NCBI GenBank assembly: GCA_965153455.1
Contig: OZ234494.1
Location: 5,394,001-5,458,000 of the forward strand
Direction: 5' to 3'
Source: Sphagnum compactum
Taxonomy: Eukaryota
DNA length: 64,000 nucleotides
Shown one piece after another: positions 25,607 through 37,860 of this stretch. The translations under genes were made by a program, and so were the position numbers. Within the stretch, counting starts at the first letter, position 1; the number at the start of each line of letters is the position of its first letter. The notes under the pieces are model-generated. The model made no database searches, was not told where the DNA came from, and saw only the letters and a program-made list of their open reading frames with translations.

Positions 25607-27976
25607 TGATGATTCCACATTTAATAAATAGAGATATCAGAAGAACTACTGTTTGGTTTTTCTAATACCTCTATAATGTCAGAAGGTGTCCAGATCTGTT
25701 GCATAGTGCCACAAGATACAATAGATTTCCCAAATGATGGACCTTATGAGGACAATGGACATACATAACATGATACATAATTTAGGGTCTACTGATAGCA
25801 GAAAACAATATATGGATTTTAAACTCCAATTGCAATTGTAGATGGACATATTATGGTATATATCATGTTGCACAACTCAAGCTCCTTCTTTGTGTCCTAT
25901 TAGGTAATGCAGTTAAATCTGTACATTTAGCTTGAGTTTTACCTTGATGAGAGGAAGTGTGCAAAAATGGGAGTTTGGAACTATCCAAATCAAGTGTGAA
26001 AATAGGAAAACATAAACAAAAATTGAAGAAATTGTAACACAGGAAAATTCAAAGAGAAATCTTTGAAGATTGGAACTTAGATGGCCTGAAGGAAAAATGA
26101 ATGAGAAGGTCATTTCCACAATGGATCAAATTGCAAAGTTTGCATAGTTTAGAACAAATTATAGTTAGCCTCTATATTTTAGAAAACTTGTGGACTCTTT
26201 CCTGAATTTTCACATATTATTCACAATTATCCTTGTCGAATTTTTTAAAAAAAAATTGGAATCTTCAAATTGCCATGGTTATAAAGGTGCCCACCCCACC
26301 AAACAAACCAACAACATAAGTTACTGTGAACATTTAATTAAATTTGTTCTTTCCCTAGCAACCCTTTGAATTTTGTGCAAACAAATGTTTTTAACCATGA
26401 TATGGTAAAAGGCCACAATTCAGATTCAAGATGAACCCTAGGATGTTCATTAAACTACACCTAAAGATAGCTTTCTCTTATAGACTATGTAGTATTTAGA
26501 TATTTTACAAATTGTGCATCATTAGATTTAAAGGTTGCACCATGAAAAAAACTTTGAAACTTGTAGTCGTTGTAAATTTTGCAAGGGAATCTAGGTATTA
26601 GAATATTGGACCCCATGAAGTTTCACAACTTTCCCATTGAACTAGTGAGCATAAACTAGAGGCAAAATGTTCAAACAATGTATCACATTGACTGTGCTGT
26701 TGGAGTGCTCAATGTTGCGACATTTAGTGGTAAGGTCTACCTAGGATTTTAGTGTTTCTATTGTGTTCATGGAAAGAATTTCAAAAGCTCTTTGTTTTTC
26801 AAAGCTTCAAGATCAATTGTGTTCTTTAGTAAAGACGTTACAAATTCAGACACAAGCATGACAAAATGCATAAGTTCTTCCTTTCCCAAAGTATTATTCT
26901 TTTCAAACTTTTTTTTTCATGTTTTGTTCTAGGTTTTTCCTTGAAATTCATGAGATTTCCTCACTTTTGCATCCATTACTTGGTTTTAAAATGTAGCTAC
27001 CTAGAATTTAAATTTTTTTTTGCTTTTGTATTTGATGCTAGAAAAAAAAAGTTGAAAGTTGAAAGTTGTGAGTTCATGTTTAATTGCAACTTTTTCATTT
27101 CTTCTTTCCCACATCATAGTTGTGATCTAGGCGATTATGAAAAAATCAAGTTGGTTTCAACAATTCATTACGACAACATTTTAGTTTATTTATGACTTGT
27201 AAGTAAATTTAGATTTTCTACTTTTGGTGTTGTATTTGCATACCTTTAGGATGCACTTACTAAAGGTTGTAGTAATTTGTATGATTATTTTTTTTGCTCC
27301 ATTGCTTTTTTTATTTCAATATTTGTGATTTGCTTGTTAGGTTAATCTGGTGTTTTTATATATCAACACTACATTGTAAAAGACCTGTGTCATCTATTGT
27401 GATTACAAAATTTATCAAAGTTAAGGTTTGGGGTTTAAGATATCAAAACTTTGTCTAAGGTTTTATGTCTAGGTTTTACATCAATTTGTTACACATTTCA
27501 AAGTAATAACATACATTAAAAATGATCATATATGGTTTATTTAATATGATAAACACATCCAAAAATTTATGGCATGACCAAAATGCCTAAAATGTGAAAG
27601 ATTATAAATCCACTTTACTTGTTGGTAAGGATCACCAATTGATATACTTTACCATATTTTCATCTTTTTAAAACTTTTATGTTGTAGAGTTCACTTTGCC
27701 TAGATTTCTTTATATGCTAGCACGCATTTTTTTCATATCAATGCAAATTATTCTTATTTTAAATTTTCTGCCTTAAAACTAATGATTTTCTTAGCATCAT
27801 GACCAATTCTTTGAAAAATCTTATTCATTAACCATGAAATAATTTTCATGTTTCTTGTAAGTTTAACCAAGTCCAAAGCATTCATCACCAACAATGTATG
27901 AACCTCACGAATCCCCACCCTCTCAATATACAATATTTAATCTAAATATTTTTACTTTAGATAATACAATATAATA

Positions 27977-28830
27977 GCACCTAGTGGCCACCAGGTGCAA
28001 TTTAAAAATTGCAAACAACATCTGGCAACCACTAGGTGCCCATATCATTGAAGAACGCATGACTTCTTATAGTAAAAAAACATGGAAAAAAACACTTAAT
28101 GGCCATTAAATGCCCTTTTCGTTGACAAATAGAAACAATGGAAACTAATGACCACTAAGTTTGTTTCTAGTCAACAATGAAAAAAGAAAGGCACTTGGTG
28201 TCCCCCAAGTGTAATTCTCATCGACAAAGAGGAAAAAAAGGCACTAGGTGACCACTAGGTGTTATTAGTCATTGACAAAGGGGAAAAAAAGCCATTAGGT
28301 GGGCACTAGGTGCCATTCTTGTCAACGATGAAAAAAAAAAAAGGGCACTTGGTGGCCATTAAGTGCCTTCCTAATCCTCAAAGATAAAAGAAGACATTTG
28401 GTGACCATTAGGTGCTTTTCTAATCGACAAAGAAAGAAAAAGGCATTTGATGGCCACCAGGTGCCATTCTCGTCAACAACCAAAAAAGAAAAGCATTTGG
28501 TGGCCATCAAGTGCCCTTCCAGTTGACAATGAGGAAAAAAGGGACGTGGTGGCAACTAAGTGCCCTCATAATCCATAAAAGAGCAAATGAAAAAAAAATT
28601 GATAATGAGAAAAAAAACACATGGTGGGCACCAAGTGCCTTTCTCATCAATGAAGATGAAGAAAAAACACTTGGTGGCCATAAGTGTCGCTTTAATTGAC
28701 GACAAGGGAATAAATGACTTGATGGCCACCAAGTGCCCTTCTTGTCCATGAAGAAAAAAATGGGACCTAATGGCCACCATGGGTTCCTTTAGTCAAGAAA
28801 AAAAAAGACCTAGTGGGCACTAGGTACCAA
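27977..28830. repeat. Array of ~17 degenerate palindromes (GGCACTTGGTGGCCACCAAGTGCC), ~50-bp period
   Basis: Units begin near 27977, 28017, 28092, 28140, 28190, 28240, 28291, 28344, 28393, 28442, 28492, 28541, 28617, 28667, 28715, 28762 and 28807; the A-rich spacers share GTCAAC/TCGAC words. Confidence 0.9.
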
Positions 28831-30048
28831 TAAGTTGAAAAGGTTTTATTGCGATTAATATTGAAAAATTTCCAAAAGAATAGTTAGTTGGATGTGAATT
28901 GTTCTAAAAAAGTCTAACCAAAAATCCTTCAAACCTTGTATCCAAGGTCTTGGGTACATATGCGGGTTTGGATGAAGCGGTTTCTAAAACGAATCTTGGA
29001 AGCTGGGAGACAATTTCATCTATTGCCTCATGGGGCATTGAATTGATGAGTCCAACAAACCCCATTTTTGAATTCCATGTCATAATTGGGAGTGGAATTG
29101 ATGTACTTCACCGAGCCAAGGTGACAAACTTGCAAGAGTACTCACAAAATTTGTGGAGGGTGCTTGTGCATATATTCAACCCATTGAAAAAAAAGACCTT
29201 TCCAAAATTAGTTTATGATCCGAAGAGACAAAATGAAACCAATCTTGTTTACAACCGTTGAGCATAGGAAAATGGCTTCAACATAAAAAACCTTATAGAG
29301 TTAATACGGAAAGATCTCAAGGGGAGGATGAAAGCACATTACAACAGGGCCATTTTGAGCACTTTCATAACATGTATGTAAAATACATTTTTGCAAAATG
29401 TATTGTATTTAAGTTTTTGTTTCACTTTTAGTGTTTGGGCTTGATATTTTGATTTTCACAAAATTAATGATATCTAATATTATTTGGAATAAATAAATAA
29501 ATTTTAAAAGCTTAAATTCAAGGAATAATGAGTATATTTATGGTATATATAATATAATAAAACATGTTTTTATTTTTGGACTACACTAAGTTTGGGTTTG
29601 AATTAGTTAACCAAAAAATGTTTGAAATGAAATTTTAAAAAATTACCCACCTCACATATCTTGTCATTTTCCATTTTAAAATGATAGTTTGTCAAAATGT
29701 TAATTTATCACATACTTATGGTCATTGCCCCCAAAAACACCCATTTGTAATATGATAATTATCAAAATTTTCACATGACTCACAAACTTATTCCAATCAT
29801 ATGGAATCATAATGTTTAATAAATATTACAAATTTCATAAAGACTAAAAATCATTTCAATCAATTTTTGAGTATATTTGCATTTTTTAGTACATAATGAC
29901 ATACATTTTTTTGCTATTAATATACTTTGGAATCACACAATATAAGTTAGAAAAAAAATTCCTAAAAAAATCCCCCCCCAAATAGTATGCTTTCGCCTGG
30001 GAAAAGGGATGAGATGAAAGCAATAGTTGATGTGGATAAAGAGGAAGA

Positions 30049-31320
30049 GGGTCTAAAGTTTTTGTGGTGTACCAAAATCTTGTCATAGTGTCACCATTTT
30101 TTATCTTTTTTACCTAGTCCTTTTTTATCATGTAAAAACACATTTATGGGGGTGAAATCATGATAAAGTGTACAATTAAAAGAACTTACTAATCTTGTCA
30201 AGTGAACAAAAAGTAGGATCAAAACCCATCACAAAATTGTTATACATTCAATTATTTTGAATGATAAATAACAAAATATTTTTTCATTATTATGCATTAA
30301 TTTAAATTTTTTTCATTATAAAAACAAGTTCAAGTATACTTTTAAAAATTCAAGTAGCTTTTAAAACCTAATTTTTGTAATGTCACATTTGATTCAAGTA
30401 TGTGTTAAGTATATTCTACCTAAAAAAAAATACATTTGTTTTTTGATGAGGCCCTTGAATATATAATGATCTTTATGTTACAACTTCATGAATACATGTA
30501 TATTTCATTAAATTTTCTAATGAAAAAGTAGGTTTGAACACCATATTGACCAGTCAATTTCAAACCTACTTATTGCCTATTTTTATTATTCCAATTTTTT
30601 AAAAATTTTGTAGTTGATTTACAATAAACCCAATTGAAAGCTCAATATTTTTCAAATGAAATTTAAATAAAATTTGAATATACTTTGTTATGTTTTTGTG
30701 AAAAATTGTTTATTTTTTAACTTGATTTTTTTTGACAATGTTTTTAATATACTTTACCATGTTTCCACCCATGGATGATTATGATGAAATCTATAATTGT
30801 AACATGGTCTAAAATACAATCCTTTTGAAATATTTGACAACATTTTATTCATTATTTTTTATGGGGATCAAAATGTATGGTAAAAAAGAAATGTAAAAAA
30901 GACTAGGCCTTTTTCCTCCTGTGTGGTACACCTTAAAGGATTTTCACTTAAAAGAAAATTGTCCCACCATCCCATTTACTTGTTGTGCATGTGGAAAGCT
31001 CAATGACTATGTAAAAACCCATCAAGAAAACAAAAAAAGAAAAGACGGTAAGGTGAAAATCTTTTAAGGTGTATCACATCAGACGTAAAGGACCTAGTTT
31101 TCATTGAAGTTTTTTTTAACCTTATATCTTGATCCCCATAAAAAAAATTATGACTCAAAAGTTGTCCAAAATTTTAGAATGATTATATTTTAAACCATTA
31201 AAATTTCATTATAATCATCCATACATGTGTCTTTACATGATAAAGAAAGATTGAATAAAAAAGACAGAAATAGGTGATGTTGTGACAAGATTTGGGTACA
31301 TGTTAAAAAATTTGGATCCG
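30049..31320. mobile_element. Foldback (Mutator-like) element with long TIRs; left arm interrupted
   Basis: Right arm 31049-31320 is the imperfect reverse complement of 30771-30950 plus 30049-30160, separated by ~610 bp of other sequence. No clear TSD. Confidence 0.6.
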
Positions 31321-33259
31321 GTAGAAGAAAAGAAGGAGAAGATAATTTCAAAGATCTTGTCTTTCAAACACCTACGCCATTCAATGCTGCCAATTGTAAG
31401 TTAGTTGACGAAACAATAAGGGGGGAATATGGTGACCTCTTCCCACATGGGAATAAACCAATTGTGGGGGTCAAAATTCCCATTCATCGATTTTTTCTCG
31501 TGCTAAGATGGATTGCATATCGTCCTTTTTGAGAGAGACACAAAGATGAAATAAAATTTAAAATATTGCAATATAATTCAATTGAATACATTTGCCCCAT
31601 TTTTGTTTTACTAATTGACCTTGATAATCTAGACAAAATTACAAGGGAGAAGCCAAAGTCGTGTGCGAATCAAGTATGTAATAATTTAAAATAAAATATA
31701 AGGTGGTTTTAATATGTATTTATTAAAAAACTAGATAATAATAATATTATAAAAAAGGTTCCAAGACAATTATTTAATTAATATCTCCTAAAAGGGTTGT
31801 TTGACGCATGTAGATGTCAAACTTTACACTAAGTGTCCCTCCGAGACAACAATTTGGGTATCATTGACATGTTCATAAGGTTACATCCAGCTAAATGGAT
31901 GATGACCTCAAAATCCATACGATTCCATCCTTCTACAAAACAATAGCTTTGCAACAAAATGACGCCAAATTTTCACCTTTGTTTCAAGTGTATATGTAGT
32001 CAACCACTTTCACATGTGGAAATTTGGCTAAATTTAGCCCAAAACAATGCAGCTGCAAACATAACCGTTGAGATCCTGATTAAGTCTAGAAATTGCATTT
32101 CAAAATATATCAATGCTATCATTTTTCCTGAAAAAAATTAAATTATCTAAAATTATTTCGAAAATTTCCGTGCACAAACATTTGTTTCAAAGCATTTTTA
32201 AAGGATTTTTTTTAAAAACTTCAAAATATTTATGTGCACAAAGTTATATAAATTGCAGCCTTTAATTTTTTAACAAACTGGTGCAAAACTGCACCCAAAA
32301 AGGTTAAAAGAAGAATATATTTTCACAGATTCTTCAAAATCTCCCCAAATTTAATCACATCCCACAAAAGAGTTCACCAGATTTAGACAGGTTCTTAGTG
32401 TTAAGTCAGGTTTTTCTCCTAGATTTTCTACTGTTTTGAGAGTTTTCCAATAACTTGTCTCCATCAATGTTAAATCCTTTTTGGGATGATCACCACTGGT
32501 GCTCCATCACCAAAATGGAAAAAAAGAAAGGAAAAAAAGGTTGATAAACTGTGAACTCCCTTCTTCTAGACAAAACAATTGACTACACTTGAAGAAAAGA
32601 GAGCAAAAGAATGTCCATAACTAATTCTGTATGATGAATTGGAAGCTGCAGCAGCATGTATTGGGATCTCCAAATCATGAGAGACGTCAAGCCTATGTTC
32701 CAAAGTTTGACAAACCCGATCTTCAAAGCTATGTGAAGCTCAGCCCTCGGCCAATGAGCTTGAGTTGGGGTCCTCCAATGGTTTGTCGCGTTGGGTCTGC
32801 TGTTGTGCTTTAAAAAAAAACACAAGAACAAAACTATCTGAATATTATGATTCTGGTAAATTGAAGAGTACTCATATTCATGATGTTGCAGGAAGGAATG
32901 GAGTTTTCTCTAGACATGTCTAAGAACTCTGGAGTTTGCGTTTGAACTTAAATTCCTCCTTTCGAGTGCACTTGACACTTACAGTGTGTAGCACTCAATA
33001 ACTTGGTCTAGGTCATTTTTGAACTTGTCACATGTATGCACGGTTTTTTTTCAATTTTGTGATAATATCGAAAATTTGGCAAAGTTTTCTAAACATTAGC
33101 TAAAATTTGTCCCAAATTTTACACTAGAGAAAAACATTTATCCAAAATTTTCCCGAAATTTAAGAAGAAATCCGAAACATTTTATTGCAACTTCGGAACT
33201 TGTCAGCAAATTTTTCTTTGGGGCTGGAATCAAGTGCAAAATTTAGTGCTGTAATTACA

Positions 33260-33980
33260 ATCATCATCTTGGAAGTGCACGCTTTGCGCAGTACGTCCAT
33301 TTCATTTGGTAGCCATTGGCAGCAGTAGGCGGCGGTAGGCGCAAGCTACGAACGTGCTAATAACAGGTAAGACAATTTGTAGACTGTCACATCTGTTAGT
33401 TATCGTCGTGTGCGACGCACGGACGACTGGTACGATGATGATAGGACAACGATAGATCGCTGTAACGCACCTGACGCACCACGTATATCGTAAGGGCTAT
33501 CTAAAATTGGTACACAATTGAAATCGATTGATGAATACGCGGGTGCGCGTGACCTTACCGACAGATGCGAACTTACCACGAAATTGGAACCCTAAGTACA
33601 CATTAGTCGAGTAGGATTTAAATTGCTGAATCTACACGTGCACTGATTAGCCGGATATAGCTTGTAAATTGATTAGCCAATTGAAGTTACCCGCAAAAGA
33701 GCTGTTGTCCAAGGTTTGTGCACTAATTATGCTACAAAAAGAGGCGACGTACAAGCTTTGCCGGACAGCACCAGTATGCATTTATGCAGCTGCAGTTTGA
33801 CGAGTTTCTCTTTGCAGCAAAAACGAGGACTATCCTCAACCTCCGGAGGCTGCATTTGGATTTTGCGTTGGCGTACAAACGGAGCACGAAGTAGCCTGAT
33901 TAACCGCATCATGATTCCTAGTGCATTGGATTTTCCGTTAGCGATAAAAGAGTCGCTCTGATCGACAACACGTTGTAAAA
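33260..33980. promoter_or_regulatory. CpG-rich, ACGT-box-rich island (paralog at 62130-62850)
   Basis: CpGs retained in both copies; GTACGT, GAACGTGC, CCACGTA, TACACGTGC; no reading frame conserved between the copies. Confidence 0.4.
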
Positions 33981-34814
33981 TTTTGGTTTCTCTTCTGCAG
34001 TTGGACTCCAGGAAATGTGCCCAGGGATTGTGTAATTAATATTATTCAGTAGCCATGGACAAAGACCACGTATTCATTTACCATATCACATAAGGGTCGT
34101 ACATAGGGGAAAAATTTCTTGATTGCATTTTAGTATCAATCAGAGGATACGGAAAAGTTAGCCTCAGCACTTCCTTTACTGCCCAATTTTGGCCAAATTT
34201 CAACCTGAAAAGTAATATTTCGACCTCAACAAAGGAATTTCCAAGGAAAAGATGGCCCAAATTAGCCAGACTAAATTATTTTCTGGATGATGGCCACTTT
34301 GACTGCCTCAAAACATCCTTAAAAGAAACCCTGGTTAGCCTCATCAGGCGAGATCAGTTGTTTTTTTGGGGGCCACCGAAAATGGAGTATTTGGTCACAA
34401 GTTCCCTTTTTGAAGAAAATAAAGTCACGTACAAGGGTCAGAAAACTGTTTTCTCAGGGAGGCTTTTGCAACATTTATGCTTACTGGCTACGGTTTCAGG
34501 GATTCCTTGAAATAAAGGCGGCAGTTAAGTCAAATTCTACCTAGGGATGCTCGCCACCTGGCTCCGTTAACAAAGTGAAAGATACAAAACACTTATCAGG
34601 CTCGTTAAAAATGCTCATAATTCCACGTGCAGCAGCAGCAGCAACAGCGCTCATGATTGATGACAAAATTTTTGTTAAATATCAGCAGCTTTGCACAGAC
34701 CTAGTATTGCATGTATGGCTTTTCAGATCACCTGTGTTACGTTCCCAATAGATAATTAATTGAGGTTGAACTTCGAAATCTGAAGCTGGAATGTGATAAT
34801 CATTATAGCTTCTG

Positions 34815-34992
34815 CACGTGTGAGAATACGAGATCATCACACGAGAGTTCAAATTCTCCTAATTTCTTCTAAAGATGGACTATCTTTGCACCAGCATGTG
34901 AGAGAGATCACATGAGAGTTCAAATTTTCCTGATTTCTTCTAAATATGGAATATCTTTGCAGCAGCATGTGAGAGAGATCACACGAGTGTGC
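34815..34992. repeat. ~71-bp tandem repeat, about 2.3 copies (also 63710-63890)
   Basis: GAGATCACACGAGAGTTCAAATTCTCCTAATTTCTTCTAAA.ATGGA.TATCTTTGCA.CAGCATGTGAGA repeated. Confidence 0.85.
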
Positions 34993-35857
34993 AAATAAAT
35001 TCATTGATTAGGGACCTTAATCAGGTGTGGCCAGCACCTGAATAGCTCATAATATCTGCATGCACAGAAAGAATGCATTCTACCCTTTCAAAACAAGTTT
35101 CCAACAATATGAATTCCAACAATTACTGCACACTAAGGCGTCCACTAGTATGATAGTAATTGGAAGGCTTGTCACCTCTATTTATCACAAGGAGACCATT
35201 CATGTAATGAGACAGTGGGTTGTCAAAAAACACACTTAGATCTTGCAAAATCTTCACAACTGCAGTCCATCTATCTATTCATTCATACAGCAGCTCCATA
35301 GCTGTCTCTTATACGTGGATTATAAATAAAATGGATCAAACTTTTGAATAGATTGAAGGGAGTTTGATTAAATGGGTCATCCGCACTTTCATCTCAAAGT
35401 TCTCTGTGTAAGTTCTTAATGCTCACCCTTCAAATCCTCAATCCTACTTATAACTGCAGCCTGAGTGCTGCAGTAGCTAGGTCATTGGTACTCTTGTTGT
35501 TATTGGGACTCGATATACCTGTCTTGTGATAAAATTGATCCCCCAGCTGGGGCAGTTCTGCAAATGTATACAATATGCATACTCGGAGTCTGGGACACAG
35601 ATATATGTATTTTATATGTTCTGCTGCAACTTTTTGTTTTCATGATGATCTTAAAGTGCATCAGTGCCCTGAGGTTCAGAACTTGAGAAAGAGAGAGCCA
35701 GAGATGCTGGAGACTAACTAATTTAGCTGCTGGTTTAATGTTCCGGATTGATCAAGCAGCTGCAGCTTGGACTTCATTACCCGGGCCCGGGAGAGAATTC
35801 AGAAACCTCAGGATTCACATGATCATACAGTTTCTAATCTCTGATAGAACCATTTTG

Positions 35858-36550
35858 AATGGAACTGAGATTTGTGCACCTAGCTAGCTAGATCAGAATC
35901 ATGGCCAAAGACAAAGTTCAACATCACGATCTGCATTTCACATTGCAAAATTCAAAAACTGTAGAACTGTGGGGGTTTGCATGACAGCTGCAGTCATGAG
36001 TCATGTGTCTTCTTGAGTTTCTTCTGCACATAAGGAAGATGAAGAAACTGGAAAGCTACTGTGCGAGAGGCATGATCAATCATCTCAGAGCTGTTGCAAA
36101 GTCTGATCACTAGTCTCTTAGCTGCAAACCAAGTCGAAGAAGAACTGTCCAAAACAAATGTCAATCACCTTCTAGCTGGCTAGATAGACAAAGATCTCTT
36201 GAAAAATTCATTTGTCGGCCTGACTCTTCGAATCTAGTACAAAATTGCAGTCACTAGTATAAAAGAGAATGGAACTGAGATCTGCACCTAACTAGATTAG
36301 AATCATGGCCAACGACAAGTTCAACATCACCATCATTTCACACTGCAAAATTTAGAAAATGTAGAGTGGGGCATTTGCATTACAGCTGCAGTTGTAAGTC
36401 ATGTGTTTTCTTGAGTTTCTTCTGCACATAATGATGAAACTGGAAGCCAAGTCAAAATTTCTTTCCAGAGCAAATGTGAATCATCTTCTAGCTAGTAGGT
36501 AGCTAGATAAAGGTCTGATGAAACATTCACCTCTCAACTGGTTGACTCTT
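35858..36550. repeat. Local tandem duplication (~410-bp offset)
   Basis: AATGGAACTGAGAT...AGAATCATGGCCAA.GACAA.GTTCAACATCAC...TCTTGAGTTTCTTCTGCACATAA at ~35858 and ~36268. Confidence 0.85.
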
Positions 36551-36794
36551 CCCTAGCCCTTGGAGATCGTTCTGAAACCGACCTACAGCACTCCCAGGGA
36601 ACCTACTTATTGCAAATGTTTTTTCTGTGTTTTCCTTCAGATTTTCCAATGTTATGATTTTCCAACCTGCATCAGTCTTGACACAAATTCCTCAAGATAT
36701 GGATCTACCCAGAGCCCACTTCCCGAAATCCAGCATTGCAGCGAATGGGGTACTTCTTCGCATCATGAACTATAGCATACACTTTCGGGTGGAG

Positions 36795-37860
36795 TCACGC
36801 ATTCCCGTTGTTGTTGGGACCATCTTCATGTGGGCGCAGAGTTTCGCAATCTTCCAGCTGAATACAAAAACCACAGACATGAATCATTAGCTTATGATCC
36901 CGAAAACCCGAAAGACATGAAGAGGAGAATCATGAATTGAATCGTGAGCATTCACACCTGGAATATTGCATCTGCAATTCCAGCTTCAACAACAGTGCCA
37001 TCTGCTCCTTCTGCAACGTTTGCAGTTTGCGCATGGTATTCTGTCCACACCAAAACATATAGAATACGTGAGCAGAAGAAGTTCCTGATCATCTGCACTC
37101 AGTCGCACACCTATGAATCTGACATTTTAAGCTCCTGACCCTGTTTTGCCTAGAGAATCTCATCATGGGACCACCCACAACCTGAAGACAAGCATGCATA
37201 TCTGGAAAGGCCTCCTGCACTAGGAGCTGCAGCTTGTACATACAATACACCCACTGGGGTTTCAAGGATGAAATGTATTTACCAAGGGCAGCTTGCTGTC
37301 TAATAGTGGCCAACCCCTGCACAATATGACTGTTACGCATATCTGCAGCCAGACGCGTGTTGTATTCATCTATAGAATAGTCGGCAAACGCACTGCAGCA
37401 CAAATCAATCCATCCAGAAATGAAGTATCATGGAGCTCCAGCTGAAGCGCAGAGATTCAGATTCCACGGAACATGAGTGTGAGTTCACGACCAAAATTCT
37501 CAAAGAATCTGGTGATGAGCAGCAACATGGGTGATGGGATCTTAGATTCTTATACCTGACTGCTCCGCGCCACCCCGGCAAGTTGCTGCGTGTGTAATAA
37601 TGCAGAAATGCTCCAGGACGAAGAGGAGGCATTGTCAGCAATGCCTGGACAACGTGGAGCCAACACAGCTCAGGCGGCGGGGCCGGCATCTCCCCCATCG
37701 GTGGTTGCGGCGCCCCGGGGATTGCGGGGATTGGAACCCTAGTGGGAGTCTGTGCAGCTGCTGAGAGCACTGGAGGAGGATTCTGGTCCTCCGCGGCTTC
37801 TACTTGCATACCCTCATCAGCCGACCCTGCAGGAAGCTTGTTGCCGTTGGAGTGAGCCAT
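36795..37860 (-). CDS. 186-aa protein of unknown function with a Pro-rich N-terminal half
   Basis: GT-AG exons 37860-37556, 37392-37283, 37040-36958 and 36857-36795 join in frame (phases 2, 1, 0): MAHSNGNK...PPPELCWLHVVQALLTMPPLRPGAFLHYYTRSNLPGWRGAVSAFADYSIDEYNTRLAADMRNSHIVQGLATIRQQAALEYHAQ...IADAIFQLEDCETLRPHEDGPNNNGNA*. Pyrimidine-rich leader with (CT)n upstream. Confidence 0.82.

Larger units (their letters stand above)
31846..35100 (+). repeat. Segmental duplication, copy 1 (copy 2 = 60733-64000)
   Basis: Colinear similarity from ACAAC.ATTTGG.TATCATTGACATG to CTACCCTTTCAAAAC.AGTT at a ~28.9-kb offset, with many substitutions and copy-specific indels. Confidence 0.95.

Noticed and set aside
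27977-28830. CRISPR array
   Set aside because: Eukaryotic context, no cas genes, degenerate repeats, and spacers that resemble each other.
28950-29261. 103-aa ORF
   Set aside because: Non-ATG start and no recognisable motif in any frame; probably decayed TE sequence.
33716-33961. Protein-coding ORF shared with 62530-62829
   Set aside because: A 1-nt indel and differing starts and stops between the paralogs mean no full frame is conserved.
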